NCBI GenBank assembly: GCA_024644515.1
Contig: JAHEHN010000021.1
Location: forward strand, 8,338-72,337
DNA: 64,000 nucleotides
Source of the DNA: Gammaproteobacteria bacterium
GTDB lineage: Bacteria; Pseudomonadota; Gammaproteobacteria; Pseudomonadales; Pseudohongiellaceae
Direction of reading: 5' to 3'
The notes below the pieces were generated by a model that did no database searches, had not been told where the DNA came from, and saw only the letters and a program-made list of their open reading frames with translations. The first letter of the stretch is position 1; the number at the start of each line of letters is the position of its first letter. This document shows, one piece after another, positions 56,983 to 64,000 of this stretch. Both the position numbers and the translations under genes were made by a program.

Positions 56983-58290
56983 ATGAAGCTGGCTATACCA
57001 CTGTTTGACAAACTCCCGCTCCGGGAACTGGGCTTGAAAGCGCAGTCATTGCTCCCCTCCGGGCGTAACAGGGAAACGCTAAAACGAGTGGATGCGAGCC
57101 TGTTGCTTTTTGACCGCACGCTGATAAACACGGAAAACGGCAAAACGGAAGAAGTGACAAATGCCGCAGATGAGGCGCAAGAGCTGGCACTGGCAAGAGC
57201 CGCCAGACGCCTGCTGCCGGCTGACCAGGATAATCGCCATATTCTGCTGATGCTACCTACCACCGAGTTTGCCACCACCTCATACCAGATGCAGGTTATG
57301 GGCGAGAAAATGATTCGTTCGGCATTGGAATTGCAGTCTCACACTCTTATCCCCGCCTATGATGAAAAACTCCTGCTTGCGGTGAATGCGAGTAACCCGG
57401 AGGGAGTGGCTTTATGGTTTAGCGAAAAACAGATAAACCGTTTGTTTCGTGCCTTTGAAGAGCAGGGCATGTTCCTCAGCGCCATTATGCCGCGTTCGCT
57501 GGCATTACTTGAAAATACTGAAGATGAAGACAGAAGTATTCTCATCAATGATGAAGAGGGGAGTAATGTTTCATTATTACAAATCACCGGGAATACCATC
57601 CGGCGCTTGTTGACTGTTAACAAGGCAGACCTGGAGCAGGACGTTTTTGCCAAGCAATGGGATATCGAGACCAGTCAGTTAAAAGCAGATGTTGTTCAAA
57701 ATATGAGTTCTCTGGATGACTGGAGCGCAATTCGGCAGAGAGTCAGCCCGGTTGTTGATTACTGCTTTCTTCCTGCCGGCGCTATTGAAGAAGAAAAGAA
57801 AATTAGTTTCGCCAGGAAGAGTAAGGCAGCCCTGGCTATAGCGGCAGGCATTGTTCTAATGCTGTTTGCACCATTTATAGCAAACTGGATGACATTGCGT
57901 GATTTACAGGCTGAACTTTTCCGTGTTGAAGAAATGTCTATTGAGCCGAGAAGCCTGCAGGCCTCTATCTTTGATATGGATGAGGAATGGGGCGCGCTTG
58001 AAGAATATCCTGACCAAAAAGTAGCGCAGGTTTTGATCTCCCTGAACGATGTTGTTCAGAGCTCACTGACGTCTTTCTCAATTAATAAAGGGGTGATTGA
58101 TATTAGCGGATCAACCGATGATCCGGCTTATCTGGTGGAATTGCTGGCGCAAAGGGAAGAGTTTTTCAACGTAGCGCAGAGTACCAATACTCGAGGTGGC
58201 GGGGCCCAATTTGGAATTCGTATGAACCTGAGCAGTACAGATTTTGAAGCCTATGAAGAAAAATACCCGGTAATTTCCCAGGGACGGTAG
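56983..58290 (+). CDS. Bitopic assembly-platform protein, GspL-like / fused PilM-PilN-like (assigned by architecture)
   Basis: 435 aa: a cytoplasmic region of about 280 aa, a single TM helix (AALAIAAGIVLMLFAPFIANW), and a periplasmic domain of about 130 aa. First gene of the cluster, directly before a GspM/PilO-like gene and gspE. I recognise no diagnostic sequence motif. Confidence 0.55.
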   Translation: MKLAIPLFDKLPLRELGLKAQSLLPSGRNRETLKRVDASLLLFDRTLINTENGKTEEVTNAADEAQELALARAARRLLPADQDNRHILLMLPTTEFATTSYQMQVMGEKMIRSALELQSHTLIPAYDEKLLLAVNASNPEGVALWFSEKQINRLFRAFEEQGMFLSAIMPRSLALLENTEDEDRSILINDEEGSNVSLLQITGNTIRRLLTVNKADLEQDVFAKQWDIETSQLKADVVQNMSSLDDWSAIRQRVSPVVDYCFLPAGAIEEEKKISFARKSKAALAIAAGIVLMLFAPFIANWMTLRDLQAELFRVEEMSIEPRSLQASIFDMDEEWGALEEYPDQKVAQVLISLNDVVQSSLTSFSINKGVIDISGSTDDPAYLVELLAQREEFFNVAQSTNTRGGGAQFGIRMNLSSTDFEAYEEKYPVISQGR

Positions 58291-58321
58291 AAAGAATAAT
58301 GACGGTTTTATTCAGATAAAT

Positions 58322-58855
58322 ATGAAGAATAACGATAAAAAACTGATCGCGTTTGCAGCAATTTTATTCCTGCTGGTGGTTATTGTAAGAGTCATTCCAT
58401 TATTAAAGGAATCCTACAATGAAGACCTGCAGGAAATTGAGTTTCTGGAACAGCGTATTGCCCGTATGCGATCCTTGATGGAAGAAGCACCATTTATCAA
58501 GGATGACGAAGCGGCAAGGCGTGAAGAAGTGGCAGCTCTGGCAAGCTGGACATTTACTGGTCAGGATCCAAATCTGATTGGTACCAGCGTACAGCGCCAA
58601 TTACGTCAGGCCGTTGAAGAAGCAGGGGTATTGCCGCGCTCCTACAACACGCCTCGAGTTGCCGAGACAGAAGGCTGGCTCTTGATAACCCAGGAAATGG
58701 ATTTTGTGATTGAACAACAGAGCTCAATTCTTCAATTTCTGGATTTACTGGAAAATTCCAGACCCAGATTGCATGTAACAGAATTCAGTATCAATCGTAA
58801 TCGTAGACAGTATACCGGCTCTATAACGGTTACCGGTTTCAGCAAAATCCTGTGA
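58322..58855 (+). CDS. GspM-like / PilO-like bitopic protein (assigned by architecture)
   Basis: 177 aa: short N-terminus, one TM helix (LIAFAAILFLLVVIVRVIPLL), a coiled-coil segment, then an alpha/beta periplasmic domain. Confidence 0.5.
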   Translation: MKNNDKKLIAFAAILFLLVVIVRVIPLLKESYNEDLQEIEFLEQRIARMRSLMEEAPFIKDDEAARREEVAALASWTFTGQDPNLIGTSVQRQLRQAVEEAGVLPRSYNTPRVAETEGWLLITQEMDFVIEQQSSILQFLDLLENSRPRLHVTEFSINRNRRQYTGSITVTGFSKIL

Positions 58856-58927
58856 TGGCTGGTATAGATAGGCTGTAATTGATAGATGGTTAAACGAATA
58901 TTTACTGCACGTTAATGGTTTAGGCAG

Positions 58928-60388
58928 ATGGAAAATACACAACTGACATTACCTGTTTTTAGCCAACTTCTGGAACCGGAAGGGATGGCGCCTGCACAGA
59001 ATTTTAAAGATTCCTGGGAGCTGGTGTGCAATAAGTTACCGAGCATTGAGAGCCGGGCAAAGGTCAGGTTTGTGATTGGTGAACAGGTACTTTTCCGCAT
59101 TGGCAACACAGATGAAGTGGCCCGCCTTACCAAGCATTGGCGAGCGGAACTGTCGCCAGAGATTGCCGATGCTGATGATGCGTTTGTTTCCGGCTTTGGC
59201 GATGATGATGCTTTTTCTGACATGGATTCCGAGGCGCCGATAATCCGCCTGGTAAACCATTTGTTTGCCCGTGCGCTGGATTTAAATGCCAGTGACATCC
59301 ACTTTGAGCCTACGGAACATTTTCTGGAGGTCCGTTGTCGTGTTGATGGCATTATGACTCGCATCGAAAAATTGCCAATAAAAATTCAGTCTGCGGTTGC
59401 TTCGCGCCTGAAGCTCATGGCTAAACTTGATATCGGTGAAAAGCGTTTGCCTCAGGACGGAAGAATTGACTATCGCGTCGGTGATCGTGATCTCGACATG
59501 CGTGTGTCTACCTTGCCGGGTGTGCTGGGGGAGTCAGTGGTACTTCGTATTCTTGATCGCAGCGATCTGAATATCGAGCTTTCCGAGCTGGGTATGCCGG
59601 AGAAAATTCTGCTGGACTATTCGCGGGTAATTTCCCAGCCACATGGTTTGATCCTGATTACCGGTCCAACTGGTAGCGGAAAAACGACCACCTTGTATGG
59701 CACGTTGGAAAAAATTCACAATGAAAGACAAAAAATAATTACCGTTGAAGATCCGGTGGAATACCAGCTTGATGGAATAACCCAGATACAGGTGAACTCC
59801 AAGATCGGTCTCGACTTTGCTTCAGGACTGCGCTCCATTGTGCGCCAGGACCCGGACATCCTTATGATTGGTGAAATTCGTGATCATGAAACGGCAGAAA
59901 TTGCCATTGAGTCTGCCCTTACCGGTCATCTTGTATTCTCTACCTTGCATACCAATGATGCCGCGGGTGCAGTAACCCGAATGCAGGATATGGGGGTTGA
60001 AAGCTATCTCATCAGTTCAAGTTTACTGGGCATCCAGGCCCAGCGTCTGGTGCGCAGGATTTGTACCGATTGCGTGGAAGACACGTCGTTGACTGATGAT
60101 GAGGCCAATGTCCTGGATGTCAAAAAAGAAGATTATTCATCAATAAAACGCGGTAAAGGCTGTGAACGTTGTGGTGATACCGGGTATCGGGGCAGGGTTG
60201 GTCTTTATGAACTTTTATTAATGTCTGATGAAATCAGACATTTGATCACCAGTGGTGCAGATGCCAATGTAATCAGAAAACAGGGTGTCAAGGAGGGGAT
60301 GAAAACCCTGCGCGAAGATGCTCTAGAAAAACTCAGATCCGGAATGACGACCCCTGAAGAAGTGGTCAGGGTGACCCGCGCTATATGA
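58928..60388 (+). CDS. gspE: Type II secretion ATPase GspE
   Basis: 486 aa with Walker A GPTGSGKTT, Asp and His boxes (VEDPVEY, MIGEIRD, TGHLVFSTLHTN), and the tetracysteine motif CTDC...CERCGDTGYRGR. Collinear with V. cholerae EpsE as I recall it. Confidence 0.93.
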   Translation: MENTQLTLPVFSQLLEPEGMAPAQNFKDSWELVCNKLPSIESRAKVRFVIGEQVLFRIGNTDEVARLTKHWRAELSPEIADADDAFVSGFGDDDAFSDMDSEAPIIRLVNHLFARALDLNASDIHFEPTEHFLEVRCRVDGIMTRIEKLPIKIQSAVASRLKLMAKLDIGEKRLPQDGRIDYRVGDRDLDMRVSTLPGVLGESVVLRILDRSDLNIELSELGMPEKILLDYSRVISQPHGLILITGPTGSGKTTTLYGTLEKIHNERQKIITVEDPVEYQLDGITQIQVNSKIGLDFASGLRSIVRQDPDILMIGEIRDHETAEIAIESALTGHLVFSTLHTNDAAGAVTRMQDMGVESYLISSSLLGIQAQRLVRRICTDCVEDTSLTDDEANVLDVKKEDYSSIKRGKGCERCGDTGYRGRVGLYELLLMSDEIRHLITSGADANVIRKQGVKEGMKTLREDALEKLRSGMTTPEEVVRVTRAI

Positions 60389-61593
60389 GTGTTAATTATT
60401 ACCAGTATCAGGCCTGTGATGCCCAGGGAAATATAACCAATGGTCAGCTCAGTGCGGAATCCGAACGTGAAGCCATAGCCATGTTGCATGCCAGGAAGCT
60501 GGTACCGGTAAAGCTCAATTCGACCTCCAGGCAAAGCCTGAAACGTTCGGGTGGTAAAAGAATTGGTACCGCTGACCTTGTAGACTTTACCAGCGGTCTT
60601 ACCACCCTGGTAGAAGCCCGTATTCCGATAGACAAGGCGCTGCAACTACTGGAAGGCATTACCGCAAAAGAACATATGAAACGTCTGGTGGTTTCATTAA
60701 GGCGGGATGTTAAGGAAGGAAAGAGTCTGGCAGATGCCATGGAATCCAGGCCGGATGTTTTTTCAAAGCTTTATATCAACATTATCAGAGCTGGCGAGAC
60801 AGGCGGCATTCTTGACCAGTTGCTACCGGATTTGGGTAATTTTCTGGAAACTGCAGAGGAAACCAAAAAGCAGATTATTTCAGCTTTGACTTATCCGATG
60901 GTGTTACTGATCACCGGCCTGATATCGGTAGTTTTATTATTGGTCTATGTGGTACCTCAATTTACCGCCATGTTTGAAGACGTGGGGTCGGAAATACCGC
61001 CGTCAGCAGAATTTTTATTGAACCTGAGTTCGGGATTACAAAATTTTGGCTGGTTAATTGTGCCGGTGGTTTTCGGGATTATTTACTGGTGGCGCTGGCT
61101 TGCTGCAGATAAACAAAGAAAAAGGCAAAAAGATGCCTTTATGTTGCGCTTACCCATTGCGGGAAAATTAATGCTAAATCGCGATGTGGCAATTTTTTCC
61201 AGAACTCTTGGCGCCTTGCTGGGAGCAGGAATTCCACTCATCAGAGGCTTGAGAGTTGCCCGTGAAGTAATAAGTAATGAGGAACTGATTCATCACCTTG
61301 AGGTCGTAGAAGAGGATGTTCGCAGTGGTGCCGGTCTTGGCATATCACTTGAAAAGACAGGTATGTTTCCAGTCTTGTTACATCAGCTGGTCACGGTTGG
61401 GGAAGAATCGGGAAGAACTGGCCCCATTTTGAAAAAGCTGGCAAAAACATTTGATGCCAACGTTAGAGACGATGTGTCACGGCTGGTCAGTGCATTACAG
61501 CCTGCCCTTATATTGTTACTGGGTATCGCCGTTGGTGGAATAATTATAGTAATGCTGTCAGCAGTGTTCAGCATGAATACGGTAGATTTTTAA
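60385..61593 (+). CDS. gspF: Type II secretion inner-membrane platform protein GspF
   Basis: 402 aa with duplicated GspF/PilC domains and three TM segments. Overlaps gspE by 4 nt. Confidence 0.92.
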   Translation: MSVNYYQYQACDAQGNITNGQLSAESEREAIAMLHARKLVPVKLNSTSRQSLKRSGGKRIGTADLVDFTSGLTTLVEARIPIDKALQLLEGITAKEHMKRLVVSLRRDVKEGKSLADAMESRPDVFSKLYINIIRAGETGGILDQLLPDLGNFLETAEETKKQIISALTYPMVLLITGLISVVLLLVYVVPQFTAMFEDVGSEIPPSAEFLLNLSSGLQNFGWLIVPVVFGIIYWWRWLAADKQRKRQKDAFMLRLPIAGKLMLNRDVAIFSRTLGALLGAGIPLIRGLRVAREVISNEELIHHLEVVEEDVRSGAGLGISLEKTGMFPVLLHQLVTVGEESGRTGPILKKLAKTFDANVRDDVSRLVSALQPALILLLGIAVGGIIIVMLSAVFSMNTVDF

Positions 61594-61605
61594 CTGGAGT
61601 TAAGA

Positions 61606-63762
61606 GTGAATTACAAAGCTTGTTCAGATTTTTATTCATTGAGGAAGATAAGCCTTTTGGTAGTTTTGTCTGTTCTTTTATCTTCCTGCGCCACGATGCA
61701 GGAAAGACGAAGCGCTGCATCTGCTTCAGATTCCCGTGCTGAAATTTCCCGGCAGGATGACAGTTCATCCTCTGGTAATCGAAATGTCATCCCGGTAGAT
61801 AGCTCCATCTCATCACAGGGAGAGACGGGAGAGCAGGATGATCCTGGTATTAACCGTACTGGCAGGGTTATTCAGCTCGGCAGATTTGTTGAGGATCGCC
61901 CCCAAGTTGAAGTACCGGAAGGTACTACGGTTGAGCTGAACTATGAGCAGGAAGATCTGCGTCTGGTGCTTGAGCAGCTGGGAGATCAATTACAGATTAA
62001 TATGGTTATCGATCCAACTATCGATGACAAGGTAAGCTTGCGTTCATCGCCTGACAATCCCTTGCAGTATGAAGATCTGTGGCCTTTGATGCGAATGCTG
62101 GCAAGCAATGCAGGGGTTACCATAGAGCAGGCTGGAAATATTTACCGCTTCATGAAAGATAATTCAGCTATCCCGGTAGAAATAGTTATGCCTGCCTGGC
62201 TCAATGATGCTACTTCCTCAGAAGTTCTTCAGGCCACTCCTCTAACCTATATTTCTATGGAAACAGCGGTTCAGTTATTAACACCCATGCTCCAGCCGGA
62301 TGGCACTATTGTCAGTCTCGGGCAGGCTAATCTGATTGGCTTGAGTGGTAGTCCGCAACAATTACAGCGTGTTAATGCACTGCTTGCCATTATTGATGAT
62401 GACCCGTTCCAGAATCAGGGTATTCAATTGTATGAATTGCTTAATTCACAAGCTGCTGAAGTAGCGCAGGAGCTCACCAATATTCTTACATTAATTGATG
62501 GTGAACAATCGTCGTACCAGGTCCTCGGTCTGGAACGAATAAATTCTGTATTGGTTTTGGCGCCAGCCAATCGTGGCTTTGAAGAAGTGACGCGCTGGGT
62601 GCGTCTGCTGGATGCAGAAAGCCAGGAACAGGTGGAACAGTTATTTTTCTACAAGGTTAAAAATCTCAGCGCCACAACACTGGCGCAGACACTGACCAAT
62701 GTATTTCAGCAAAATGAAGAAACCCGCATTGCTGTTGCCACAGAAATAGAGGCAGACTCCAGCGCCAGTGAAGGCGGGGCTGCTGACGATGCGCCTGAAG
62801 AGACTGCAGCCCCCGCACAGGAGGGCGTCGTTTCCGCCAATATTACGGTTACTATTGTGGCGGACGAGGACACCAATAGTCTGCTGGTTCGAAGCACACC
62901 ACGGGATTATCGACAGTTGTTAACGACTATTAATAACCTGGATACTGTTCCACCACAGGTGTTGATCAATGCCGTTATCGGTCAGGTCACATTGACTGAT
63001 GACAATGAATTCGGTGTTGACTGGGTGCGTATTTCCGAGAATGCCAACACCGGAATAGTGAGTTCCAGATTTCTTCCTGCCGCAGGACTGATTCAGGGTA
63101 ATGGATCGGCTGCTGTGGGTTCTGGTCTGGTTATGTCCCGAACCTTTAATGACGGTACCTCCATTATTGATGCGACCTTGAATGCCATCTCCCAGGATAA
63201 TGAAGTTCGACTGCTGGCTCGTCCGACTATTCTGGCCACCAATAACCAGGAAGGAGAGATAAAAGTAGGTCAATCAGTACCGATTGATCAGGGTCAGACC
63301 ATTACCGGTCAGGGTGCGGTGACATCGAACGTTGCCTATCGGGATGTCGGTATAGTATTAACTATCACGCCGCATATTAATGACGATGGTTTTATCAATC
63401 TGGAAATTTTCCAGAGCCTGTCATCCATAGAAGATGGTGCCGGTGGTGTTCAGGGCAATCCTATTTTTTCCAACCAGGAGATCACTACAACAGCCGTTGT
63501 CGCGGATCAATCAACTATTACCCTGGGTGGCTTGATACAGGAAGATGATACGGATTTGAATACTGGCGTGCCTGGCTTACAAAGAGTACCGGTACTCGGG
63601 GCGCTGTTCTCCTATCAACAGAATCGGTCAGTGCGACGAGAATTGTTTGTCATACTCAGACCCCAGATTATCAATGGTGATGAACGTGATACCGAATTGA
63701 TGCAGCAATTCCGAGAAAGTTTTGACAATGTTGCTGCACTTTTTGATGAAGCTGGCTTATAG
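61606..63762 (+). CDS. gspD: Secretin GspD, predicted lipoprotein
   Basis: 718 aa with N-domains and a C-terminal secretin core (VPGLQRVPVLGALF...ELFVILRPQI). The N-terminus ...RKISLLVVLSVLLSSC carries a lipobox (L-S-S-C, Cys28). GTG start 6 nt after GGAG. Confidence 0.92.
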   Translation: MNYKACSDFYSLRKISLLVVLSVLLSSCATMQERRSAASASDSRAEISRQDDSSSSGNRNVIPVDSSISSQGETGEQDDPGINRTGRVIQLGRFVEDRPQVEVPEGTTVELNYEQEDLRLVLEQLGDQLQINMVIDPTIDDKVSLRSSPDNPLQYEDLWPLMRMLASNAGVTIEQAGNIYRFMKDNSAIPVEIVMPAWLNDATSSEVLQATPLTYISMETAVQLLTPMLQPDGTIVSLGQANLIGLSGSPQQLQRVNALLAIIDDDPFQNQGIQLYELLNSQAAEVAQELTNILTLIDGEQSSYQVLGLERINSVLVLAPANRGFEEVTRWVRLLDAESQEQVEQLFFYKVKNLSATTLAQTLTNVFQQNEETRIAVATEIEADSSASEGGAADDAPEETAAPAQEGVVSANITVTIVADEDTNSLLVRSTPRDYRQLLTTINNLDTVPPQVLINAVIGQVTLTDDNEFGVDWVRISENANTGIVSSRFLPAAGLIQGNGSAAVGSGLVMSRTFNDGTSIIDATLNAISQDNEVRLLARPTILATNNQEGEIKVGQSVPIDQGQTITGQGAVTSNVAYRDVGIVLTITPHINDDGFINLEIFQSLSSIEDGAGGVQGNPIFSNQEITTTAVVADQSTITLGGLIQEDDTDLNTGVPGLQRVPVLGALFSYQQNRSVRRELFVILRPQIINGDERDTELMQQFRESFDNVAALFDEAGL

Positions 63763-63823
63763 ACAGCCAGGAAAATTATAGAATGTATTTGCACAATAGT
63801 AGCGAAGTATCTGGAGCAAAATC

Positions 63824-64000
63824 ATGAAGAAACGAAGTGGATTTACCCTTATTGAGCTATTGGTCGTCATGGCTATTCTGGGTATGCTTGCGGCGCTGGT
63901 AGGCCCCGCCCTGTTTGGTAACCTGAGTAAAGGGCAACGAACGACGGCAGCTTCCCAAATCAGCAACCTTCAATCTGCTCTGGATACCTATCGACTGGAC
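63824..64000 (+). CDS. gspG: Major pseudopilin GspG (5' part; runs off the window)
   Basis: MKKRSGFTLIELLVVMAILGMLAALVGP... is a prepilin leader with G-1/F+1/E+5. It is followed by the GspG-type sequence SQISNLQSALDTYRLD. GGAG lies 7 nt upstream of the ATG. Confidence 0.9.
   Translation, partial: MKKRSGFTLIELLVVMAILGMLAALVGPALFGNLSKGQRTTAASQISNLQSALDTYRLD

Noticed and set aside
58912-59364. 150-aa minus-strand ORF spanning the gspM-like/gspE junction
   Set aside because: Antisense to the well-supported gspE N-terminus, with Ser/Arg-rich low-complexity translation.

Overview
This window is the replication-origin region of a gammaproteobacterial chromosome. Gene order resembles Pseudomonas and Oceanospirillales (comparison from memory, not searched). 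Coding density is high and almost every gene is housekeeping.

Minus strand, 160-19871: glmS, glmU, the complete atp operon (atpIBEFHAGDC), parB, parA, rsmG, mnmG, a 528-bp AT-rich spacer, mnmE, yidC, yidD, rnpA and rpmH. rpmH is absent from the ORF track and was found by hand.

After a 520-bp spacer carrying two perfect DnaA boxes, gene orientation switches to plus: dnaA, dnaN, recF, gyrB. Next come:
- a PlsC-type acyltransferase, gmhB, glyS and glyQ
- a small LPS block (lpxL-like, a 2OG-Fe(II) oxygenase, waaC)
- trkH, trkA, rsmB, fmt, def
- a LysM (TsaP-like) gene, dprA, hemF, aroE, a yrdA-like gene
- a coxB remnant followed by ctaA, ctaB and sco1
- znuB, znuC, znuA
- polA, engB, cytochrome c4, dsbA

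The only accessory-looking part is a compact type II secretion (T2SS)-type locus from 56983 to the window end. Its order is L-like, M-like, E, F, D, G, with a predicted lipoprotein secretin and no GspC/PilP-type gene in view.

I found no CRISPR array, tRNA or rRNA gene, integrase, transposase or recognisable defence system.

Main observations worth a second look:
- the atypical T2SS locus
- an in-frame TAG splitting the TsaP-like LysM gene
- a coxB stub that suggests deletion of an aa3 oxidase operon
- two consensus parS sites inside recF, both encoding the pentapeptide FHVKH
- two competing oriC-like spacers
- waaC, whose conserved N-terminus has no canonical start codon
- an orphan 2OG oxygenase among LPS genes

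All homology statements come from reading the translations and from remembered family motifs. No database search was run.
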